NCBI GenBank assembly: GCA_963845185.1
Contig: CAWJRG010000010.1
Location: 96,001-160,000, forward strand
Reading direction: 5' to 3'
From: an uncultured bacterium
GTDB taxonomy: Bacteria > Oederibacteriota > PGYV01 > CAWJRG01
DNA: 64,000 bases
Below are positions 21,029 through 30,155 of the stretch, piece by piece. The translations under genes were made by a program, and so were the position numbers. Each line of letters begins with the position of its first letter. Position 1 is the stretch's first letter. A model generated the notes under the pieces. That model was not told the DNA's origin. It did not search any database and saw only the letters and a program-made list of their open reading frames with translations.

Positions 21029-21697
21029 TTAATGAAATTTTTCTATTATAATAGGCTCTGATGGATTTGAATTGTCTATTGCGATATCCGCAAGACTCAC
21101 GGGATTAACCCTGTCCAGGTATATCTTCTGCCCGGGTATGTATCTTTTCATATATCTTCCCCTTACCTTATCCGCATCCCCAAAAAGTTGCAGGTCCCTT
21201 TTCACTGCGCGATCGAGCACGGTGGAAAAATCAACATCCAGCCAGATTTTATAGTCCCAGAAACCCTGCAGTTCCAGCCGCATAAGGAAAACACCATCAA
21301 AAATTAGGATACAATTTTCAGGAGCAATTTTGAATTTTTCATGAATTACTTTTTCGATTTTGAAATCATAAACAGCCGTTATGTATTTATTGCCTCCTCC
21401 CGGTCCCAGCGGTTTGAGTAATTTATTTATAATAGCGTCATAGTTAAAAGATTTCAGATAGTACCCTTCGGGCGAATCTTTTCCCATTTCATACCTGGTT
21501 TTTGCCGGATTGTGGAAACCGTCAATCGACGCCCGTATCACGTTTTTGTTTTTGCTTTGTATGCATTGTCCTAATTCTTCAGCAAACATGGTTTTGCCTG
21601 CGCAATCTACGCCGTCAACGGCAACTCTTATAACATGATTGCTTTGAATTTTTATTATTCTGCTGGAAATTTCTTCCAGCATCTCAAATCTTTTCAT
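21029..21697 (-). CDS. Uridine-kinase-like P-loop nucleoside kinase
   Basis: VAVDGVDCAGKT Walker A, IDGFH, DGVFL. Start placed at the second ATG by RBS spacing. Confidence 0.75.
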   Translation of the reverse strand: MKRFEMLEEISSRIIKIQSNHVIRVAVDGVDCAGKTMFAEELGQCIQSKNKNVIRASIDGFHNPAKTRYEMGKDSPEGYYLKSFNYDAIINKLLKPLGPGGGNKYITAVYDFKIEKVIHEKFKIAPENCILIFDGVFLMRLELQGFWDYKIWLDVDFSTVLDRAVKRDLQLFGDADKVRGRYMKRYIPGQKIYLDRVNPVSLADIAIDNSNPSEPIIIEKFH

Positions 21698-21717
21698 AAT
21701 CATCTCCTTTGGATTTT

Positions 21718-21745
21718 ATTATATGTAAATATAATATGCCGTCAA
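21718..21745 (-). promoter_or_regulatory. Putative sigma70 promoter
   Basis: TTGACG-N16-TATAAT just upstream of the RBS. Confidence 0.5.
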
Positions 21746-21857
21746 TACAAACTTGGGATTTAGGGTTGCCTGCCAGGGGTTCTCCCCTCAACAAAGGGGA
21801 AACTAAGTGGTTTGCGGTGCGGGTAAGGGGGGGTATTTTAACCAGTATGGTATATTT

Positions 21858-24800
21858 TTAATGGATTATGAATATTATGCCTGTCAATAATATATTGGAA
21901 TTTAATTTGATTACGTAATAATACACTCCCGGCGATACCAGGCCTCCGTATGAATTCCTGCCGTTCCAGTACACATTTGGCGTTTGTCCCGTCAATGAAA
22001 TTACCAGCTCGCCTGATATTGTGTAAATCTGTATGTCTGCGCCTATTGGCAGGTTGATGATTTTCAACTCCCTTCCTGCTGCTTTATTGAGATTAAACGG
22101 GTTGGGGTAAACAATAATATCGCCGTTTGCGTAAGGCGTGGGGGTTATTGTTATTGTAGGCGATATTGTTGAAGTGGGTGTTATGCTTGGCGTGGGTGTT
22201 TGTGTCAGAGTAATTGTATCGGTCGGTGAAATTGTGTAAGTCGGTGTCCCTGTAAATGTTTCTGTTATGGTTAATGTTGCTGTATCAGTATCCGTAATTG
22301 TAAAGGTCGGCGTTATGGTATAAGTCGCTGTGTTTGTACTTGTCGTTGTAAACGTAGGCGTTGATGTGCTTGTATTTGTTTCTGTCGCCGTAGGTGTGGC
22401 GGTTTTAGTTATGGTTTCCGTTGGCGTAGCCGTTGCCGATGAAGTCGGCGTAGGGCTTGCGCATGCGCCGAATTCTTCGATTCTGTTATTCCAATCATCT
22501 GCAACATATACGTTTCCGCTGCTGTCCACTGCTATTCCTTCAGGAGAACTAAACTGCCCGTTGCCGTTTCCAGTACTACCCCACTGGGTAATATATGTTC
22601 CTGTACTGCTGAATTCCTGGATTCTGCTATTTCCCCAGTCTACAACATAGACGTTTCCAGTGCTATCTACTGCCACTCCAGAAGGCCCATTAAACTGACC
22701 GGGGCTGTTTCCATAACTGCCCCATTGTGTTATATAAGTGCCTGTACTGCTGAATTCCTGCATCCTATTATTCAAATGGTCTGAAACGTAAACATTCCCG
22801 CTGCTATCTACTGCTATTCCTCCAGGCCCATTAAACTGCCCGTTGCCGCTTCCTAAATTTCCCCATTGTGTAATATATGCGCCTGCGCTATTGAATTCCT
22901 GGATCCTGTTATTACCCGTGTCTGCCACATACACGTTCCCGCTGCTGTCTACTGCTATTCCATAAGGTTGATTAAACTGCCCGTTACTGCAAGACGGACA
23001 TATTCCTAAACTACCCCATTGCGTTATATATGTGCCTGTACTGCTAAATTCTTGGATTCTGTCAGTGCCAGTATCTGCAACATAAACATCCCCACTGCTG
23101 TTTACTGCTATTCCTGAAGGACCAGAAAACTGGCCATTGCCGCTTCCGGCACCACCCCATTTGGTTATATATGTGCCCGTACTGCTAAATTCTTGGATTC
23201 TGTAATTAGAAGTATCCGTTACATACACATTCCCGCTGCTGTTTACTGCTATTCCATAAAGACCTTGAAACTGCCCATTGCCGGTTCCATTACTGCCCCA
23301 TGCAGTAATAAAACAAGACGTAGGCCCGGATGTTAAGGTGGCAGTATATGTCGGCGTAATCGTGAACGTGTTTGTAGGCGACACTGCAGGCGTTGGCGTC
23401 AAAGTCGGCGTCTCTGTTGGCGTATTAGTGCTTATTTCAGTTGCCGTGGCACTCAGCACGGTGCATGTGACGCTCGCTGTAGGTGTGCTTGTTCCGGTTG
23501 ACGTAGCAATAAGCACGGTGCACGTGGCACTCGTAGTCACCGTCGGGCTTGTGCACGCGCCGAATTCTTCTATTCTGTCATTACCCTCGTCGACAACATA
23601 AACGTCCCCGCTGCTGTCTACTGCTACTGCTTCAGGAAAAGAAAATTGCCCGTTGCCGGTTCCGGTACTACCCCATTGTGTTATATATGTGCCTGTGCTG
23701 CTGAATTCCTGTATCCTGTTATTGCCGTATTCCGAAACATACACGTTTCCGCTGCTGTCTACTGCTATTCCCCAGGGATAATTAAACTGCCCGGGATTGC
23801 TTCCGGTACTACCCCATTGTGTTATATATGTGCCTGTACTGCTGAATTCCTGGATTCTGTTATTATCAGTATCGGGAACATACACGTCCCCGCTGCTGTT
23901 TACTGCTATTCCCCATGGATTCCAAAACTGCCCGTTGCCGTTTCCAAAATTGCCCCATTGCGTTATGTATGTGCCTGTACTATTAAATTCTTCGATTCTG
24001 CTATTGCCTTGGTCCACGACATACACGTTTCCGCTGCTGTCTATTGCCACTCCATGAGGAGCATTTAACTGCCCGTTGCCAGCTCCATAACTTCCCCATT
24101 GTGCTATATACGTGCCTGTGCTGCTGAATTCCTGTATCCTGTTGCTCCATACGTCTGTAACATACACGTTTCCGCTGCTGTCCACTGCTATTCCTTGAGG
24201 ATTTAAAAACTGCCCATTACCGCTTCCATTACTTCCCCATTGCGTGATATATGCGCCTGTACTGCTGAATTCCTGGATTCTGTTATTATACAAATCTACA
24301 ACATACACATTTCCGCTGTTATCTATTGCTATTCCATAAGGATCATCAAACTGCCCGTTGCCTGCGGTTGCTCCACAACATCCATAACTGCCCCATTGCG
24401 TTATATAACACGGCGTTGGCCCTGAAACCAGAGTGGCAGTATATGTCGGTGTAATCGTTGATGTGTTTGTAGGCGACAGGAAAGGCGTCGGCGTGCTTGT
24501 AGGCGTGAGACATAATACCATGATCCACGGTCCCATTGAGGTTATTGGGCAAGTTATGGAACTATCGGGCGACGATTCAACATTATAAGAATCACCGAAT
24601 TCAACTGGGCACGGTGCGACAGGCGCAGCGGCTCCCGGTCCTCCCCCGCTTTTATCACCGTAATTTATTGTTATCTGTCCTGTATTCGCCGCAAGATTAC
24701 TCACCTCTACTATTATATCCTGTCCGCTTACGTTTTCGCTTATAATTGAACCGCTGTTCACAACAACCGTAAAATATCCGGGGTCGGTTGGCACAATGCT

Positions 24801-26495
24801 TGGCGGGCTCCATCCGGCGCGAAGGGTTATTTTCAGCGTTCCGTACCCTGGCGAACTCGCCCATGTTGTCGGCCCTGAAGTATAAGTAAACACAAGCGTA
24901 TTGCCCGTGCTTCCCGAATAAACAAATGTTGGATTTACAACAGCGCTCCCCTCGCCTGTACATACTGTGATAGTTTGGGTTGGGGTGCAGGTAAAAGTCA
25001 ATGTTGCAGTACTGGAAAAAGTGGGTGTTATTGTCGGAATTTGCATTATCACAGATCCGCATGTTACAGGGGTGGCGGTTATTAACCCAAAAATCGCGTC
25101 TATCCCGCTTGCCTGCTCGTAAAAACTCACGGTTCCCGTTCCGATACAGTTATATACCCATGTGAATTGCAGGCCTGTTCCCGGCATTATAGCTGCGCTT
25201 GCAGGATTTGGCCCGCTCGCCAGGGACACGCTTGACGCATCACCCTCGGCAATGGCTGAAGCCTGCACATTGCTTGCCGTATTGCCGCCGATATTGCTTA
25301 CACTTATTATAACGGTTATGTTTTGCCCCACGCTTACAGGGCTTGCCAATGATGTGCAATTTATTACCAGGTTCGCCATAGGCGGTTGTATCGTCACAAC
25401 ATTGCTCGAGCATAAAGTCGAAACATTTGCCCCGCTGTTCGCGTCAGTTCCCTGCGCACCCCCGCTGAAAGTTTTATTACCCATCCCTGTCGCTGTATAT
25501 ATCCATGTAAAAGCAGTTGCCGAACCGCCGAATATGGCTGCGGAAGCAGGCGATGGCCCGGCAACTATGACCACGTTTCCGGTTCCTGATAAATTGAAGG
25601 GGAAAGGCATCACGATGATTGCGGCAGCCTGCCCGATATTTGTCACGGTCATTATCACGGTTATCATCCCGTTGATACTTACAGGGTCAGGCATCGCGTC
25701 AATCCCGCAAATCAAAGAAGCAGGATACTGGATTGTAACCATATTGCTTGTCGGTGTATTGCCCGTTATTGTCATCCCGCTGTTCGCGTCCGTTCCTGAT
25801 GCGCTTGCCGTGCAAATTATATTCCCTGCGCCGCCAGCCGAATAAGTCCATGTAAAATATGCCACGGTTGAGCCTGTTATTGTCTGGCACGAAGGGCTTG
25901 AAATTAATACTGCATTGCCTATACCCGTTATAGCAGGGTTTGAAGCGCACACGTTATTTGCGTTTGTCTGGCCCGTATTTGTTACGGTCATTATCAATGT
26001 TATATACTGCCCGATGCTGGCCATGGAAGGCATCGCGGATAAACCTGCAGCCAGGCTCGCAGGGGTTTGTGCAGTTACTGTTGCTGTCGCAGGCTGGGAG
26101 CAAACAGTGCTGCAATCCAAAACCGATATATAAATACTTCCGGCACAGGTCGCGGTATAAACCCATGAAAATGTCCCGCTGTTCCCTGCTGTTATTGTCA
26201 AGCTGGCAGGAGAAGGGGACGTTAACATAATTGTGCAGCCGGTGCCGCTCACGATGGGTGGATTGGGCGTTACGGAATCCGCATCCTGGTCTCCGGTATT
26301 TGTTACGGTATTTATTAAGGTAAAATCCTGCCCCAAAGAAACCACGGAAGGCACTGCGCTTACGTCTGATTGCAGGACAGGCAGGGCAAAGGCGGGAGAA
26401 TATATGAAAACAGGCAGAAAAAAAATAATAAAATGCAATAATTTTTTTATTCTTATCCCCTGTAATTTTTTGGAATTTAAGGCGTACCCGAACAT
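21858..26495 (-). CDS. Large secreted protein: Ig/CARDB-like repeats, two 6-bladed NHL beta-propellers, Thr/Pro linkers, FlgD-Ig/T9SS-like C-terminal domain
   Basis: Signal peptide; 12 copies of GQF..P.GIAVDSSGNVYV.D..N.RIQEFSSTGTYITQWG; TPT tracts; C-terminal VYPNPF..IYTISGELV..WNGRN..GVYYY. Confidence 0.85.
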   Translation of the reverse strand: MFGYALNSKKLQGIRIKKLLHFIIFFLPVFIYSPAFALPVLQSDVSAVPSVVSLGQDFTLINTVTNTGDQDADSVTPNPPIVSGTGCTIMLTSPSPASLTITAGNSGTFSWVYTATCAGSIYISVLDCSTVCSQPATATVTAQTPASLAAGLSAMPSMASIGQYITLIMTVTNTGQTNANNVCASNPAITGIGNAVLISSPSCQTITGSTVAYFTWTYSAGGAGNIICTASASGTDANSGMTITGNTPTSNMVTIQYPASLICGIDAMPDPVSINGMITVIMTVTNIGQAAAIIVMPFPFNLSGTGNVVIVAGPSPASAAIFGGSATAFTWIYTATGMGNKTFSGGAQGTDANSGANVSTLCSSNVVTIQPPMANLVINCTSLASPVSVGQNITVIISVSNIGGNTASNVQASAIAEGDASSVSLASGPNPASAAIMPGTGLQFTWVYNCIGTGTVSFYEQASGIDAIFGLITATPVTCGSVIMQIPTITPTFSSTATLTFTCTPTQTITVCTGEGSAVVNPTFVYSGSTGNTLVFTYTSGPTTWASSPGYGTLKITLRAGWSPPSIVPTDPGYFTVVVNSGSIISENVSGQDIIVEVSNLAANTGQITINYGDKSGGGPGAAAPVAPCPVEFGDSYNVESSPDSSITCPITSMGPWIMVLCLTPTSTPTPFLSPTNTSTITPTYTATLVSGPTPCYITQWGSYGCCGATAGNGQFDDPYGIAIDNSGNVYVVDLYNNRIQEFSSTGAYITQWGSNGSGNGQFLNPQGIAVDSSGNVYVTDVWSNRIQEFSSTGTYIAQWGSYGAGNGQLNAPHGVAIDSSGNVYVVDQGNSRIEEFNSTGTYITQWGNFGNGNGQFWNPWGIAVNSSGDVYVPDTDNNRIQEFSSTGTYITQWGSTGSNPGQFNYPWGIAVDSSGNVYVSEYGNNRIQEFSSTGTYITQWGSTGTGNGQFSFPEAVAVDSSGDVYVVDEGNDRIEEFGACTSPTVTTSATCTVLIATSTGTSTPTASVTCTVLSATATEISTNTPTETPTLTPTPAVSPTNTFTITPTYTATLTSGPTSCFITAWGSNGTGNGQFQGLYGIAVNSSGNVYVTDTSNYRIQEFSSTGTYITKWGGAGSGNGQFSGPSGIAVNSSGDVYVADTGTDRIQEFSSTGTYITQWGSLGICPSCSNGQFNQPYGIAVDSSGNVYVADTGNNRIQEFNSAGAYITQWGNLGSGNGQFNGPGGIAVDSSGNVYVSDHLNNRMQEFSSTGTYITQWGSYGNSPGQFNGPSGVAVDSTGNVYVVDWGNSRIQEFSSTGTYITQWGSTGNGNGQFSSPEGIAVDSSGNVYVADDWNNRIEEFGACASPTPTSSATATPTETITKTATPTATETNTSTSTPTFTTTSTNTATYTITPTFTITDTDTATLTITETFTGTPTYTISPTDTITLTQTPTPSITPTSTISPTITITPTPYANGDIIVYPNPFNLNKAAGRELKIINLPIGADIQIYTISGELVISLTGQTPNVYWNGRNSYGGLVSPGVYYYVIKLNSNILLTGIIFIIH
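22470..24410 (-). repeat. Coding tandem repeats (~141-bp NHL unit, two blocks of 6)
   Basis: Recurring actgctgaattcctggattctgtta / ctgctgtctactgctattcc units, in frame within the CDS. Confidence 0.85.
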
Positions 26496-26653
26496 TCCTT
26501 TTAACCTCCCTTAGTCAAATAGTCCTGTGGACTATTTGACGGGTAGTCTCCATAAGTCATTTAGTAAAAACTACCCTGAGTTTACTTTGCCAAGACGTCA
26601 ACAGGCAATAAAAAGCATTCATTACTCCATGCTTCGCATGGACTTGACAGAGT

Positions 26654-26737
26654 AATGATTTTGCTTCGCTGTTGACGCTTGCAAAATCAAACTCTGTCAA
26701 GCCGCTCCAGTCCCGAGCCTGCGAGGGACAAGAGGTG
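26654..26737. repeat. Composite hairpin repeat, copy 2
   Basis: 26655-26690 is the reverse-complement homolog of 5733-5768, followed by GTCCC-GA-GC..GC-GA-GGGAC. Confidence 0.6.
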
Positions 26738-26810
26738 TTAGCCCGTTTATCTTATTGGCTCTTGCACCCATTCCGTTCCGAAGGGCAAGCGGCATTAATC
26801 TTATATCTTA

Positions 26811-26839
26811 AGTATATCCCCTGTTTGCGGCTTTGTCAA
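26811..26839 (-). promoter_or_regulatory. Near-consensus sigma70 promoter for the NHL protein gene
   Basis: TTGACA-N17-TATACT. Confidence 0.7.
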
Positions 26840-27357
26840 TTGCGGCTGCACGCGCCTCAAATTGAAACCTCCATGTGCCAGTCGTTTCCCATGTACCAGT
26901 CCCCTGAGCCAATCACTTTGTTCCGGACAGGATCCGGTATAGAAAAGGCAATTCCGGTACATGGCCTTAAACCCGATTATTATGAATGGTTTGGCGTACC
27001 ATGAACCCGAACAACAGTGAATGGTTTCCTATACGGTTTTTAACTCAAATCCGGCTATTTTCCCTTTATCCTGAGCTTGTCGGAGGGCAAAATGTGGATA
27101 ATATGGGATTTCCATAAAACTCACCCCCTAAATAAGAGGGCTGGGGTTTGAACTTCCTCATGACAGCGTCCGTAAACCCCAAAATATCCGCAATTTATGC
27201 ACTGTGCATAAATTTTTTTCCGCGTCGACCTCCCAACCGACCGATTTTACCTATAATCGGTAAATTTGCTCCTGTGCTGGCTTTCCAATTCCCGGAAACG
27301 GAAGTTTCATGTAAAAACGCCCAAATCCCCTTTATTGCCTTTGTTAAATGGGTTATT

Positions 27358-27385
27358 GTAGAGACACGCCATGGCGTGTCTCTAC
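27358..27385. repeat. GTAG-type REP palindrome
   Basis: Perfect 28-bp palindrome GTAGAGACACGCCATGGCGTGTCTCTAC directly after a stop codon. Confidence 0.75.
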
Positions 27386-27386
27386 C

Positions 27387-27599
27387 TTATTTCTCATTTT
27401 GTTTTTCCAGTTCCTTCAGCAGCGATACTCTCGAATAAGCCGCCACCAGAAAAGGCACCAGGTAATTGCAGAATATCCTGAACAAATCTGTTTTTGTAAA
27501 AGACAGGCTGAAGATATGGCTCCCCTGGTTAATAAGGCTTAATATGCTCCCTACCACAAGCGCTGTCAAAAGCGGCTTTGTGAAGCTCCCCGCCTTCAT
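27387..27599 (-). CDS. Small membrane protein, NrtS-like
   Basis: TALVVGSILSLINQG..NYLVPFLV pattern; ATGA overlap with the upstream gene. Confidence 0.65.
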   Translation of the reverse strand: MKAGSFTKPLLTALVVGSILSLINQGSHIFSLSFTKTDLFRIFCNYLVPFLVAAYSRVSLLKELEKQNEK

Positions 27600-28999
27600 C
27601 GCTGCACTAAATTTTTCCCAAACTTAAGCAGTTCCTGTACTCTTTTATCAGTCGGCGCCTCGGAATATATTCGCAAAAGCGGCTCTGTGCCCGAGAACCT
27701 GAACAGCAGCCACTCGTTGCCGCCGAGTATGCATTTTATACCGTCAAGCAGATTTACTTTTATTATTTTTTTTCCGAGTATGCTGCCTTTTTTCCTGATG
27801 GCAGCAACCTTTGCCATTATTTTTTTTCTGTCTTTTTCCTTAAACCCGGTGTCAATTCTGTCGTATTTGTAAGTGCCGTATGTTGCGTCAATGTTATCCA
27901 TTATATCCGTTATTTTTTTGCCTTCCTTCACTATAAATTCCACAAACAGCAGGTTGCTTAATATCCCGTCGCGTTCCGGCACATAATATCCGAAGCCTAT
28001 GCCGCCGCTTTCCTCTCCGCCTATTGTATTTTTGTCTTTTATCAGGAAATCCGCGATATTCTTAAACCCGACAGGCGTTTCCACGACCTTCAGCCCGTTT
28101 ATTTTTGCTATTTTATCCAGCAGGAAAGTGCCTGATATGGTCCTTGCAAAAGTCGGCTTCATATTCTTGTTCCTGATATGGTGCAGCAGGTGGAAAACAA
28201 GCACCTTGTGCGGCGTTATGTATTCTCCATCGTTGTCTATTGCTGCCATCCTGTCCCCGTCGCCGTCTATCGCGATGCCAACATCCGCCTTTTCTTCTTT
28301 TACGATGCTGATAAGGTCAAGCAGGTTTTTCTTTATCGGCTCCGGGTTGATTTTTCCGAATAAAGGATCCCTATAGTTGTGGATTACGTAAAGGTTTTCA
28401 TAATACCCCAGAATTTCTTCCATATAGCCTTTACCCGACCCGTACATGTTGTCAAGTACGATTTTAATACCGCTCTTTCGTATTGCATTTATATCTACAA
28501 ACTTCCTTATCAATTCTATATATTCCTTGTCGAGATTTATTTTTTTTATTTTGCCGTTCGCCTGCTTTATTTTCCGTTTGTCTGACAGAAGTTTTTCTAT
28601 TCTACCGGATTCTTGCGAAGATATTCCTGCGCCGTATTTATTCTTGATTTTGAATCCGTTGTAAACATACGGGTTATGGCTTGATGTTATCATGATGCCG
28701 CTGTTAAGCTTTAATCTTTTTACGCCGAACGATACAATCGGCGTGGGCACTGCTTTATCAAAAAGCTGGATATAAAAACCATAGTTTTTCAGCCTTTCTG
28801 CAACAAACTCCGCGTATTTTTCCGATAAGAACCTGAAATCATATCCAACTGCGATTTTCGGCTTTTTATCCGTTTTTAAAACATACTTTGCGTACGCATC
28901 CGTCACTTTTGCCAGGTTCGCGAAGGTAAATTCCTCGCCTATTTTTGCGCGCCATCCGTCTGTGCCGAACTTTATCGGGTTTCCCGGCATATTATGCAT
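27596..28999 (-). CDS. Phosphoglucomutase/phosphomannomutase
   Basis: FGTDGWR, TSSHNP, DGDGDR, GEESGG, RFSGTEP. Confidence 0.93.
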   Translation of the reverse strand: MHNMPGNPIKFGTDGWRAKIGEEFTFANLAKVTDAYAKYVLKTDKKPKIAVGYDFRFLSEKYAEFVAERLKNYGFYIQLFDKAVPTPIVSFGVKRLKLNSGIMITSSHNPYVYNGFKIKNKYGAGISSQESGRIEKLLSDKRKIKQANGKIKKINLDKEYIELIRKFVDINAIRKSGIKIVLDNMYGSGKGYMEEILGYYENLYVIHNYRDPLFGKINPEPIKKNLLDLISIVKEEKADVGIAIDGDGDRMAAIDNDGEYITPHKVLVFHLLHHIRNKNMKPTFARTISGTFLLDKIAKINGLKVVETPVGFKNIADFLIKDKNTIGGEESGGIGFGYYVPERDGILSNLLFVEFIVKEGKKITDIMDNIDATYGTYKYDRIDTGFKEKDRKKIMAKVAAIRKKGSILGKKIIKVNLLDGIKCILGGNEWLLFRFSGTEPLLRIYSEAPTDKRVQELLKFGKNLVQR

Positions 29000-29000
29000 A

Positions 29001-30065
29001 TTATATCGCCTCGAATCTGCTGTAATTGGTGATTTTCGTGTAATCCCCTACAACCGAATTGTGCAGGACGACATTTGCCTGTATTTCGCAGTTATTGCCT
29101 ATTATGCAGTTCTTTATGGTCACGTTTTCGCCTATTTTCACGCTGTCCCATATTATGCTTCTTTCGATGCAGCAGTTTTTGCCTACTTCGCAGTGGTTGC
29201 CGATTATGGTCAGCGGGCTGAAAGTACCCCTTTCTATCCTGCAAAAATCCCCTATTATTATCGGTCCCCTGAAAAACGTGCCGATTGAAATATTTGTCTT
29301 TTTGCCGACCCTGACATTCCATCTTAAAATTCTTGTTGGAATTGACGGCAGCAGTTTTGACCGCTGCTCGAGCACATCAAAATTCGCCTGCATGTATTTT
29401 TCCAGTGTACCTATATCCAGCCAGTAAGAGTCGGACTTGTAAGCCATTACTTTTTCATTGTTTTTCAGTATTTCGGGAAAAACCCCGCGTTCGAGCGAAT
29501 AATTTTTGCCCTGCGGTATATATACAAGTATTTTCCTGTTAAAAACGTATATTCCGGCGTTTATCCACCTTGTCTTTACTTCGGCCCAGTTTGGTTTTTC
29601 AAGGAATTTGCTTATCCTGTTTCCGTGGTCGGTTTCCACAAGCCCGTATGATGTCGGGTCATCAACCTCGTTCAGGTATATTGTGGCCATGGCGCTGTTC
29701 TTCCTGTGGACTTCCATCATTTTTTTCAGGTTCACGTCCGTCAGGATGTCCCCGTTCATTACTATAAAATCGCCGGCAAGCAGCATCTCGGCATTTTTGA
29801 CAGCCCCACCGGTTCCTAGGGGCTGGTCCTCTATTACATACCTTATATTCATTCCGTACTTTTTCCCCGTTCCTATAATGTGCTTTATCCTGTCCGGTAA
29901 ATAGCAGACGCTTAATATGACCTCCTTTACTTTGTACTTTTTAAGCAGCTTAAGCTGGTACTCAAAAAAGTGCTTATTGGCAATCGGTACCATGCTTTTT
30001 AATGAATTCATCGTTAAAGGCCTCAGCCTTGTTCCTTCGCCTCCCAGTAATATCAATGCTTTCAT
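29001..30065 (-). CDS. NDP-sugar pyrophosphorylase (mannose-1-phosphate guanylyltransferase-like) with LbH domain
   Basis: LLGGEGTRLRPLT, PLGTGG, NGD, FLEKP, INAGIY, WLDIG, hexapeptide tail. Start at 30065 after GGAGG. Confidence 0.88.
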   Translation of the reverse strand: MKALILLGGEGTRLRPLTMNSLKSMVPIANKHFFEYQLKLLKKYKVKEVILSVCYLPDRIKHIIGTGKKYGMNIRYVIEDQPLGTGGAVKNAEMLLAGDFIVMNGDILTDVNLKKMMEVHRKNSAMATIYLNEVDDPTSYGLVETDHGNRISKFLEKPNWAEVKTRWINAGIYVFNRKILVYIPQGKNYSLERGVFPEILKNNEKVMAYKSDSYWLDIGTLEKYMQANFDVLEQRSKLLPSIPTRILRWNVRVGKKTNISIGTFFRGPIIIGDFCRIERGTFSPLTIIGNHCEVGKNCCIERSIIWDSVKIGENVTIKNCIIGNNCEIQANVVLHNSVVGDYTKITNYSRFEAI

Positions 30066-30097
30066 CTTTGCCTCCATTTTTGTAACAGCCTTTTAAT

Positions 30098-30155
30098 GTA
30101 GAGACGTAGCGTTGCTGCGTCTCGTTTTTAAGACGTTCCGCCGGAACGTCTCTAC
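30098..30155. repeat. Inverted pair of GTAG REPs (REPIN-like)
   Basis: GTAGAGACGTAGCGTTGCTGCGTCTC ... AGACGTTCCGCCGGAACGTCTCTAC. Confidence 0.75.

Noticed and set aside
21755..21840. GC-rich hairpin region (TCCCCT..AGGGGA) as an ncRNA
   Set aside because: Single copy in the window; most simply a terminator or decayed repeat after the NHL gene.
22470..24410. CRISPR array or DGR in the regular ~141-bp repeats
   Set aside because: The repeats are in-frame NHL blades with no repeat-spacer pattern, and there is no cas gene, reverse transcriptase or template repeat in the window.
26672..27438. Plus-strand ORFs of 110 and 96 aa
   Set aside because: TTG starts, no evident RBS or recognisable motifs, and they run through palindromic repeats and a promoter.
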